Shown piece by piece: positions 1 to 8,032 of a stretch of 64,000 nt of DNA (its first letter is position 1; the number at the start of each line of letters is the position of its first letter). The stretch covers positions 11,289 to 75,288 of the forward strand of contig CAINNF010000007.1 of NCBI GenBank assembly GCA_903851045.1, written 5' to 3'. The notes under the pieces are model-generated. The model was not told the origin of the DNA. It did no database searches and saw nothing but the letters and a program-made list of their open reading frames with translations. The position numbers were made by a program, and so were the translations under genes. The stretch is from Candidatus Adlerbacteria bacterium. GTDB taxonomy: Bacteria > Patescibacteriota > Minisyncoccia > Phycocordibacterales > SBAW01.

Positions 1-1063
1 CGCGAACTTCGAAATGGAGGTGTGGGCCGGTCGCTTCGCCTGTCCGGCCGACCTTGCCGATAAGCTCGCCCTGGGTCACCGTGTCACCAGCCGAGACGAA
101 CACTTTGCTTGCGTGTCCATACAACGTCTGTGTGCCATTCGGATGCGCGATAACGATATAGTTACCGTAGCCACCGTTCCATCCGCCATTATCTTTTGCG
201 ATAATGACCGTACCCGCCGCCGAGGCATACATGTCGGTCCCTGTCGGTGCGCCAATGTCGACTCCATTATATCCGTGGAGCGTCTGGGTAATGATCCCCC
301 CAGCGACCGGCCACATATAGTAGTTGTCATATTCTGGGCCACCTGCATCACGCAGCGGCGCTGGCTTGAACGTCTTCGACGTGGACACCTTTGTTTTTTG
401 CTTCGAAGTCGCGACCTTCGTTTTCGTGGTTGCCACATTCGAACTGGTCGAAGGGGAGGCGGCCAACTCGCCGTTCGGGATGATGATACTTTGTCCGACA
501 GTGAGGGGGTCGGTATCCGCAAGGTTGTTATAGAGGGCTATGTCGTGGGCATCCGACTTATAGGCATCCGCAAGCGATGCAAGCGTCTCACCTTTGAGCA
601 CGGTGTGCTGGATACCAGTGATGGGCAAAATAATGAGCTGCTCTCCAGGATGGATGACCCCGTTCTGAATATCGTTCGCACCGATGATGGTGTTCGGGCT
701 AACCCCGAACATCGTCGCTATACCAGTCAGTGTGTCACCGTCGCGTACTACATATACACTGATCTGGGAGTTGACCGGACGACTTACTACATCCGCTGAG
801 GCGAGTGGGTTCTCGACCGACATGAGCGCATCACCACTTACGAGCGTTAGGTTCCCACCACTTGAGGGACTCGGATCTATATTGATCGCTGCCGCGAGGA
901 GGGGAATCGTCTGGGAATTAAATGAAGAGTCCGCTGCGGAAGAATACGCGGCGGACTTTTGGATCATGTCGTTAAAAAAATTCGCCGACGCTAATATCGG
1001 CACAACTAGAACAGAAAACGCCCCGCTGACCGCGATACCGAGAAACAACGCTTTTGTAGCCAT
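1..1063 (-). CDS. LysM-domain / M23 family metallopeptidase, partial (3' end lies beyond the window start)
   Basis: Reverse-strand ATG at 1063..1061. Translation MATKALFLGIAVSGAFSVLVVPILASA (signal/TM), then two LysM-like segments (YVVRDGDTLTGIATMFGVSP; HTVLKGETLASLADAYKSD) and an M23 core (GVDIGAPTGTDMYASAAGTVI...GYGNYIVIAHPNGTQTLYGHAS...GELIGKVGRTGEATGPHLHFEV). Absent from the supplied ORF track because it runs off the window edge. Confidence 0.8.
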   Translation of the reverse strand, partial: MATKALFLGIAVSGAFSVLVVPILASANFFNDMIQKSAAYSSAADSSFNSQTIPLLAAAINIDPSPSSGGNLTLVSGDALMSVENPLASADVVSRPVNSQISVYVVRDGDTLTGIATMFGVSPNTIIGANDIQNGVIHPGEQLIILPITGIQHTVLKGETLASLADAYKSDAHDIALYNNLADTDPLTVGQSIIIPNGELAASPSTSSNVATTKTKVATSKQKTKVSTSKTFKPAPLRDAGGPEYDNYYMWPVAGGIITQTLHGYNGVDIGAPTGTDMYASAAGTVIIAKDNGGWNGGYGNYIVIAHPNGTQTLYGHASKVFVSAGDTVTQGELIGKVGRTGEATGPHLHFEVR

Positions 1064-1294
1064 TCTCACCTGCTGACCAGGTTGAGTCGGTTTTTTGGAG
1101 TGTTTTGAAGACAAGGCTTTAGGGGGAATGCCGGTCAATTTGACAATAAATGGCTTAACTGAGCCATTCACCGCCGTCCATGCGGGAGTACTTCTTCATG
1201 ATACGCCCATGAATCCGCACGTCAACTTGACAGAAGATAACCTGTGGATAGCGGTGTTTGGGCAGATTTTCGAAAAATGCGCTAGGGTGTATAG

Positions 1295-3280
1295 GTGTCA
1301 TCACTCAACATAGCTCAAAAAGAAGCGGTCGAAACTACCGAGGGACCGTTGCTCGTACTTGCAGGGGCAGGGGCAGGCAAGACGCGCGTCATCGCACACC
1401 GCATATTGGAGATCGTGCGCCGCGGCACCACGCCCGAGCATATCCTCGCCATCACTTTTACCAACAAAGCCGCGACTGAGATGAAGGAGAGGATTATTTC
1501 ATTGTTGCAGAGCGCTCCGGAGGCAAGCCGCTTTGCTGCAGGACAGCAAGGAGACGCTGCACGACTTGCCTCCGGATCGCTCTCGAACTTCCGGACGTCT
1601 GAACCGTTCCGTCCTCCTTTTGTCTCTACCTTCCACTCGTTGGGACTCCTTATCATCAAGGAGAATGCAAAATTGCTCGGCTACAAACGGACACCGACGA
1701 TCTTTGACCGCGCTGATTCGTTGCGCGAAATGAAGGCGGCGCTCAAGATGTTCGACGCTGAGCTCGAGCCTCGTGCAGCGCTCGGCATGATCTCACGCAT
1801 GAAGGGGCAGGGGATCACCTCGAGCGAATTCGTCGAGAAGGCCCGCGGCTACCGCGAAGACGTCGTCGCCAAAGTGTGGCCGATATATGATGCGGCGCTT
1901 CGCAAGGAAAACGCTTTGGACTTCGACGACCTCCTTCTGCGCGCGATGTTGCTCCTGCGCGATAACGAAGAGGTGCGGGGGTGCTACCAACGCCGATGGT
2001 CGCATGTCCATGTCGACGAGTTCCAGGACACCAACTATGTGCAAGCGCGCATGATGGAGCTTTTGCTCGGACCGACATGCAACGTGTGCGCGGTCGGCGA
2101 TGTGGACCAAACGATCTACGGGTGGCGCGGTGCGGAGATCAAGAACATCATGTCGTTCGAACGCACCTTCCCCGGCGCAAAGATCGTGATACTCGAGGAG
2201 AACTACCGCTCGACACAGACCATACTGGCCGCGGCGAACAGCGTCATTTCAAAGAACACATATCGACCGGAAAAGAATCTGTTCACGAAAAATACCGAGG
2301 GCGACCCGATATCGCTCTACCAGGCGTTCGATGAGACCGACGAGGCGAACTTTATCGCCCGGATCGTGCGCGAAGGACTGGCAAAGGGCAGGCAACCGAA
2401 GGATTTTGCCGTACTGTACCGCGCGAACTTCCAGTCACGCGCCGTCGAAGAAGCGCTCTTGCGTGCGGATATACCGTATCAAGTGCTCGGTACGAAATTC
2501 TTCGAACGAAAGGAGGTGAAGGATGCGTTATCGTTCGTTCGAGCGGCGATATACGACACGAACGCCGATCTGGCGCGTATCGCGAATGTTCCACCACGAG
2601 GTATCGGCAAGGTCACACTGTTGAAGATCCTTGCTGGCAAGGAACAAGAGCTGACCGGCGCCACTCGCGAGAAAGTCGTACAGCTGCGCTCGCTCCTTGC
2701 TCGTATCCGTGACGCCGCACCGAAGTACACACCGTCCGAACTGATGCGATTCGTCATAACGAACAGTGGTCTCGAAGCGCAGTTCATCCAAGACAAGCTC
2801 GAGGGACCAGAACGCCTCGAGAACCTCAAAGAACTCGTGACGCTCGCGGCACGATACGATACGGTCGACCATATCTCGAACGAATCCACACACGCGGGAC
2901 TCGATGCGTTTCTCGAAAGCGCTGCTCTCGCCAGCGACCAGGACGAACTGAAGGACGAGGCGAATGCTGTGCGCCTCATGACCGTCCACGCATCGAAAGG
3001 TCTTGAATTCCCGGTCGTCTTCATCACCGGCCTCGAAGAAGGTCTGTTCCCCTACGCTCGCGAGGATGAAAAGGATGCGGACAAAGAAGAGGAGCGCCGG
3101 TTGTGCTATGTGGCTATCACTCGCGCCCAACACAAAGTGTATCTCTCCTATGCGTCATACCGGACCATTTTCGGCTCAAAAAACGCCACCATACCTTCAC
3201 AATTCCTGTCCGACATACCGGACGAATTGCTCGAATCCGAGATGCCTGAGCGCCTTGGTAGAACCATCTATCTAGATTAG
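1295..3280 (+). CDS. UvrD/PcrA/Rep-family ATP-dependent DNA helicase
   Basis: GTG start preceded by an in-frame TAG. N-terminus LNIAQKEAVETTEGPLLVLAGAGAGKTRVIAHRI (Walker A) and helicase superfamily 1 motifs; 661 aa. Confidence 0.85.
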   Translation: MSSLNIAQKEAVETTEGPLLVLAGAGAGKTRVIAHRILEIVRRGTTPEHILAITFTNKAATEMKERIISLLQSAPEASRFAAGQQGDAARLASGSLSNFRTSEPFRPPFVSTFHSLGLLIIKENAKLLGYKRTPTIFDRADSLREMKAALKMFDAELEPRAALGMISRMKGQGITSSEFVEKARGYREDVVAKVWPIYDAALRKENALDFDDLLLRAMLLLRDNEEVRGCYQRRWSHVHVDEFQDTNYVQARMMELLLGPTCNVCAVGDVDQTIYGWRGAEIKNIMSFERTFPGAKIVILEENYRSTQTILAAANSVISKNTYRPEKNLFTKNTEGDPISLYQAFDETDEANFIARIVREGLAKGRQPKDFAVLYRANFQSRAVEEALLRADIPYQVLGTKFFERKEVKDALSFVRAAIYDTNADLARIANVPPRGIGKVTLLKILAGKEQELTGATREKVVQLRSLLARIRDAAPKYTPSELMRFVITNSGLEAQFIQDKLEGPERLENLKELVTLAARYDTVDHISNESTHAGLDAFLESAALASDQDELKDEANAVRLMTVHASKGLEFPVVFITGLEEGLFPYAREDEKDADKEEERRLCYVAITRAQHKVYLSYASYRTIFGSKNATIPSQFLSDIPDELLESEMPERLGRTIYLD

Positions 3281-3292
3281 AGTAGGAGGAGT

Positions 3293-3389
3293 GGGAACAA
3301 AAGTAGCTCTGCAAAAGTCCTCGGGTCTCCCGTCCAGGCTAGAGGCCAGCCAAGCGGGCCAGACTATTTGCATAGCTACTTTTGTTCCC
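3293..3389. repeat. Palindromic repeat element copy 1 (conserved 55-bp core 3313-3370 inside a 23-bp inverted-repeat stem), intergenic between the helicase and ksgA
   Basis: gggaacaaaagtagctctgcaaa ... tttgcatagctacttttgttccc inverted repeat flanks the core aaagtcctcgggtctcccgtccaggctagaggccagccaagcgggccagactattt. The same core recurs at 34832-34888 and, reversed, at 36425-36482. Confidence 0.8.
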
Positions 3390-3397
3390 ACTCCCGT

Positions 3398-4225
3398 ATG
3401 TTCAAAAAGAAATCACTTGGCCAACATTTCCTTCATGCGCCAGCATATCTGCGGGCGGTCGTTGATGCTGCAGATGTGGCGGCAGGGGAAATCGTGCTCG
3501 AAATTGGCCCAGGCGACGGCGCACTTACCCGCGAACTCCTCGGACGGGGAGCTCGCGTGGTAGCTATCGAAAAGGATCATCGACTCCTACCCCTTTTGAC
3601 CCTCACGTTCGAAAAGGAAATACGCGGTGGCCAACTTACCCTTATAGAAGGCGACGCCCTCGAGTTAGACCCAGGTGCCATGCTCCCACCTATATATAAA
3701 GTAGTTGCGAACATACCGTACTACATCACCGGGGCGCTGCTTCGGAAGTTCCTCACCAGTTCGACGCAACCGAGTACGCTTGTGTTCTTGATACAGAAAG
3801 AGGTCGCGCAACGTATAGCAAGATCGAAGAAAGAAAGTCTTCTGTCGCTCTCGGTAAAGGCGTACGGCTCTCCTGTATATATACGGACAGTGCCGCGTGG
3901 GGCATTCGTACCACCGCCCGAAGTAGATTCAGCGATCCTTGCCGTGCACCACATCTCTCGGGACAACTTTTCGGATGCAAAACAAGAATCGCTTTTTTTC
4001 GACCTACTCCACGCCGGCTTCGCCCAAAAACGGAAACTACTCACCCGCAACCTAGAGCCGGTGCTTAGGGAACAAGCAGGGGACATCGTTGCAGCGACCG
4101 GATTGCCGGACAAAGTCCGTGCAGAAGACGTGCCTCTGCACGATTGGCTCGTGCTTACCAAGACAGCGAGTCATAAAATCGAGTATACTGAAGCTCATGA
4201 GTCTGCGCGATACTCTTCCGAGTAA
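3398..4225 (+). CDS. rsmA: 16S rRNA (adenine1518/1519-N6)-dimethyltransferase RsmA/KsgA
   Basis: MFKKKSLGQHFL motif, SAM-binding LEIGPGDGALT, and NIPYYIT motif. I chose the start at the internal ATG rather than the TTG at 3368, which lies inside the palindromic element. Confidence 0.9.
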   Translation: MFKKKSLGQHFLHAPAYLRAVVDAADVAAGEIVLEIGPGDGALTRELLGRGARVVAIEKDHRLLPLLTLTFEKEIRGGQLTLIEGDALELDPGAMLPPIYKVVANIPYYITGALLRKFLTSSTQPSTLVFLIQKEVAQRIARSKKESLLSLSVKAYGSPVYIRTVPRGAFVPPPEVDSAILAVHHISRDNFSDAKQESLFFDLLHAGFAQKRKLLTRNLEPVLREQAGDIVAATGLPDKVRAEDVPLHDWLVLTKTASHKIEYTEAHESARYSSE

Positions 4226-5087
4226 GAAGTTTTCTGCTATCGTTGGATCTATCGCTCTTTCGTGCCTTCTGGTCATGGTCGCGAACATCGTCACACAGCC
4301 ACCACCACTCCCAAAGGCCGAGCTCGCAAGCGACTCCAGCGCCGACCAAGCGACCGACTGGCAGGCAACGCTCGACAATATCCAGGCACAGCAAGCGAGT
4401 CGACTCCCGACGCCGCCGGACCCAACGACCGTCCAAGATCTTCTGCAGGGAGCGCAGACGGCAAATATCACCGACTCGGTCGGGCGATCTCTCCTTATCA
4501 ATGTCACCGACGCAAGCGCGCAAGGTCTTGGGGCAGACCAGCCGACACAGAATCAGCTCCTTGCGGCTGCCATGCAACAGATCCAAAACGTCGCCGTACA
4601 AACAAAGACCTACTCAGTGTCCGACCTTACCATCGTCCCAAATTCGAAAGAGACACTGCATGCCTATGGAAACGCGCTGGCGCTCGTGCTCGCGAAACAT
4701 CCTGACGCGAGTATGGCCGAAACGCTCACCATGTTCGGAAGCGCGGTCAACGGCCAAACGACACAACTGACAAAGATGGGGACGATCGCAAGGGAATACG
4801 AGGCTCTCGCCACAGACCTCGCCAACATACCAACCCCTCTTTCGATCGCCGCCTACCAACTTGGTGTCATAAACGGCGAAATGACCATGGCAGGGAGCTT
4901 CGAACACATGGAGATGGTCAGTTCCGACCCTCTGCGCGGACTGGCAGGACTCCAAATCTACAACAATGCGGCACAGAGCGTGCAGGGTATGTTCATAAAC
5001 ATCACTCAAGTATTCGCTAAAGAAGGTATACTTTTCACTAAGGACGATGCTGGCGCACAACTTGTCTCGATGTTGTCCGGACAATAG
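4197..5087 (+). CDS. Hypothetical membrane-anchored protein (N-terminal TM, extracytoplasmic Q/A-rich domain)
   Basis: MSLRDTLPSKKFSAIVGSIALSCLLVMVANIV TM segment. Start overlaps the ksgA end; first gene of the long same-strand cluster. Confidence 0.5.
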   Translation: MSLRDTLPSKKFSAIVGSIALSCLLVMVANIVTQPPPLPKAELASDSSADQATDWQATLDNIQAQQASRLPTPPDPTTVQDLLQGAQTANITDSVGRSLLINVTDASAQGLGADQPTQNQLLAAAMQQIQNVAVQTKTYSVSDLTIVPNSKETLHAYGNALALVLAKHPDASMAETLTMFGSAVNGQTTQLTKMGTIAREYEALATDLANIPTPLSIAAYQLGVINGEMTMAGSFEHMEMVSSDPLRGLAGLQIYNNAAQSVQGMFINITQVFAKEGILFTKDDAGAQLVSMLSGQ

Positions 5088-5090
5088 GTC

Positions 5091-8018
5091 ATGAATAAAA
5101 AGATCATTATCGTGGTGCTGGTCGGCATAGTGATCGCTGCGATCATTGCCCTCATGTGGTGGTGGTTCTTTAATCGACCGAACAACGCACCCACACCGAC
5201 TGGCAACTTTGGTACTGCACAGGACCGGAACGGAACCAGCACCGGAAGCGGCCTGACCAATATAGGCTCACCGACCATTAGTAAACCTACCAATGCAGCG
5301 AACAAGATACCCAAAGGTACCTACCTCATTAAATCGCTTCAAGGAAACGTGCTTGGTTCGTACGTGGTCGACACGAACGCGGACGGCTCTTTTAGTTTTA
5401 CTCCCACGAACGGATCGAACCCCCTCACGGCGGGTGACTATACTCTGACAGTCAACGGGACGACCATGGGAAACTTTACTCTAGCACCGACCGGCTATCA
5501 GTATGCCTTCGCTCTTACCCCCTATACCGGACTTTCGAACGGCACCTATGTCTTGAAAACGCTCCAGGGCAGCACCACCGGCTCCTTTATCACGACGACC
5601 AACCCGGACGGGAGCGTGACCTTCACACCGACGGGGGGTTCGGGACCGCTCACGGCGGGGGACTATGTTATTGGGAATGACACGTACGCTCTCTCTTCCA
5701 ACAGCAATGGGACGTTCAATGTGAATCCGTACGCCGGGATCCCAGATGGCAAATATAACTTAGGAACAGGCACCTATGTCGCAACGACCAACCCGGACGG
5801 GAGCGTGACCTTCACACCGACGGGGGGTTCGGGACCGCTCACGGCGGGGGACTATGTTATTGGGAATGACACGTACGCTCTCTCTTCCAACGGCAATGGG
5901 ACGTTCAATGTGAATCCGTACAACGGAACATCCGATACGAATACCTACGCTAGCGCCGACGGTGGATACTGGCTGTCTATCCCATCGATTGATACTTCGA
6001 CAAACGCCGGATACAACGCGACCGTATATACCACAACCGGCGCCAGCACTACTGGCGTCAGCATCCCGGGGTATGACGCAACGGGCTATGGCTACGGCAG
6101 TACGACTATAGGAAGCGTCGGTATTGGGGGGGGTATCTCGTTCAAAACCGCTTCGGGCACTATTTTTAGCAGTGATAATCCGTTCAATAGTGGCACGATA
6201 CCGAGTATTGGTTCTTCAGGGAACCCGAACGGTAAGGGGCTCGGGTTGGAAGGTGCCCTTATCGGCGCGCTCGCGACCGGCGTCGTCGCCTGCGTCCTCC
6301 CAGCACTAGCAAAGACGATCGGCGGGTCATTTGCTCTTGCGATCACGGGTAAATCAATTTCAACCGCGGGCGATACTTATGCTATAGGCGGCGCAGTGAA
6401 AGCTGAGGCTGCCGCGAAGGCTGGGGATTATTGGGAGGTGGGGGGCGTCCCGGTCGGCGGGGCAGCACCAACAACCGGAGAGGCAGCCGCAGGCACGGCA
6501 AACTCAGCAGCAGGCACGGCAACAGCTAATTTGGGCGACACCATAACCGGAACAGGACAAACGATCGCCGAGAACCTCGGACTTTCCATACAACTCTCAG
6601 ACCTCATAACAAACGATGTACTTAACTGCTTCGCACGCACGGTCGCACATGCCGCACTGGAGCAGATCGCGCGCAGCACTGTTGCCTGGATCAACTCCGG
6701 CTTCAAGGGGTCACCGTCGTTCGTGTCGAATTACCAGCAGTTCTTCACCAATGTCGCCGATGCCGCCGCCGGGCAATTCCTTCAAAGCAGTGCGCTGTCG
6801 TTCCTTTGTAGCCCCTTCTCGCTACAGGTCAAGATCGCCGTCGCCCAAAGCTACGCCAGGACTACCGGGCAGCAGTGTACGTTGACCAGGGTGGTGGGTA
6901 ATATAAACAACTTCATGAACGGTAACTTCGCCGCTGGGGGGTGGCCGGGGTTCCTGTCGTTCACCACACAACCAACGAACAACCCGTACGGGGCCTTTGC
7001 CGTAGGTACGGTCGGTATTCATACGGCGGCCGCAAACGCCGTCGATCAACACAAATTCGACCTGGGTCTGAGCGGTGGCTTCTTGTCCATCACTCAAGCA
7101 CAAAACTGTCAGAACATAGCGGGGGGCACCGCTAAACCACCGCCAGACGTTGCTCCCGGTAAAGGCGTACAAACAGTGACAACCAAAGACAATAATGGAA
7201 ATGTGACTGGTTCGCAATACCAGGTATGCGACATGAAGAACGTCACCCCTGGTACTGCTATAGCACAATCGCTTAACCAAACACTTGGTATTAATACCCA
7301 GTCACTGGAAATGGCGAAGTACTTCGACGAGATCATAACCGCTCTTGTCGCGCAACTCATGCAAAACATCCAGTCTCATGGTTTGGCGAATATGAGCGGA
7401 GGTGGTTCCGATGGTTCTGGGTATTATGGTGGCTATGTGACCGCCTCAAGCACCAACACGTCCGGCATGATCCAACAGAGCGTCCTGCAAAATATCGCTC
7501 CACTACTGCAGTCGGCACAGGACGTCATCACGTACGACACCCAAAACATCAACAACATCAATGCGACCTTGGCGAAGGCATCCGCACTCCAAAGTTGCTG
7601 GTCAACGCTCGCAAGCGCCGCCACCTCGACCACGATCCAAACACAGGCACAACATAACGCAGCAGCCATCACCCCGTACATCACCGACCTCAACAATCGC
7701 CTGAGCGTATACCAGACCGGCATCACACAAGCGAATTCGAGCGTCGCTTCTATACAAAGCGCGCAAACACAGGCCCAATCGACGACCGATACCGCAACGC
7801 TCGAGAACATCCTCAACAGTGTCGTGAAGAACACCCAAAACCAAACGTTCGTGCAGGACACCAACGTTGTGAACGCTCAAGAGGACCAGATCAACTTAAG
7901 CGCCGCACTTGATGAGTACAATCAGATCATTTCGACCCAGATGCAGGCATGCGCATCGTCTACCACCACATTCCCGCCGCCCGTCATGGTCCCAACCCCG
8001 ATCACGGTCGGGGGTTGA
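5091..8018 (+). CDS. Large (975 aa) surface/secreted protein with N-terminal TM anchor, T/G/N-rich beta-rich repeats, a glycine-rich hydrophobic segment and a Q/T-rich coiled C-terminus; possible adhesin or pilus-associated protein
   Basis: MNKKIIIVVLVGIVIAAIIALMWWWF anchor; internal perfect tandem duplication (TTNPDGSVTFTPTGGSGPLTAGDYVIGNDTYALSSN.NGTFNVNPY twice); no recognisable catalytic motif. Confidence 0.6.
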   Translation: MNKKIIIVVLVGIVIAAIIALMWWWFFNRPNNAPTPTGNFGTAQDRNGTSTGSGLTNIGSPTISKPTNAANKIPKGTYLIKSLQGNVLGSYVVDTNADGSFSFTPTNGSNPLTAGDYTLTVNGTTMGNFTLAPTGYQYAFALTPYTGLSNGTYVLKTLQGSTTGSFITTTNPDGSVTFTPTGGSGPLTAGDYVIGNDTYALSSNSNGTFNVNPYAGIPDGKYNLGTGTYVATTNPDGSVTFTPTGGSGPLTAGDYVIGNDTYALSSNGNGTFNVNPYNGTSDTNTYASADGGYWLSIPSIDTSTNAGYNATVYTTTGASTTGVSIPGYDATGYGYGSTTIGSVGIGGGISFKTASGTIFSSDNPFNSGTIPSIGSSGNPNGKGLGLEGALIGALATGVVACVLPALAKTIGGSFALAITGKSISTAGDTYAIGGAVKAEAAAKAGDYWEVGGVPVGGAAPTTGEAAAGTANSAAGTATANLGDTITGTGQTIAENLGLSIQLSDLITNDVLNCFARTVAHAALEQIARSTVAWINSGFKGSPSFVSNYQQFFTNVADAAAGQFLQSSALSFLCSPFSLQVKIAVAQSYARTTGQQCTLTRVVGNINNFMNGNFAAGGWPGFLSFTTQPTNNPYGAFAVGTVGIHTAAANAVDQHKFDLGLSGGFLSITQAQNCQNIAGGTAKPPPDVAPGKGVQTVTTKDNNGNVTGSQYQVCDMKNVTPGTAIAQSLNQTLGINTQSLEMAKYFDEIITALVAQLMQNIQSHGLANMSGGGSDGSGYYGGYVTASSTNTSGMIQQSVLQNIAPLLQSAQDVITYDTQNINNINATLAKASALQSCWSTLASAATSTTIQTQAQHNAAAITPYITDLNNRLSVYQTGITQANSSVASIQSAQTQAQSTTDTATLENILNSVVKNTQNQTFVQDTNVVNAQEDQINLSAALDEYNQIISTQMQACASSTTTFPPPVMVPTPITVGG
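5595..5934 (+). repeat. In-frame tandem direct repeat (2 x about 150 bp, period 189 bp, one mismatch) inside the 975-aa surface protein gene
   Basis: acgaccaacccggacgggagcgtgaccttcacaccgacggggggttcgggaccgctcacggcgggggactatgttattgggaatgacacgtacgctctctcttccaac(a/g)gcaatgggacgttcaatgtgaatccgtac occurs at 5595 and again at 5784. Confidence 0.85.
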
Positions 8019-8032
8019 GGAACGTTATAATC

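Noticed and set aside
14-799. 261-aa plus-strand ORF (and the 684..1076 ORF) at the window start
   Set aside because: Antisense to the well-supported LysM/M23 peptidase on the minus strand; composition implausible (R/C-rich), no motifs.
3291-3563. 90-aa plus-strand ORF and the 36049..36474 minus-strand ORF sharing the peptide GLPSRLEASQAGQTI
   Set aside because: The similarity is generated by translating two copies of the palindromic repeat element. Both ORFs overlap real genes (ksgA, polA/holA) out of frame.
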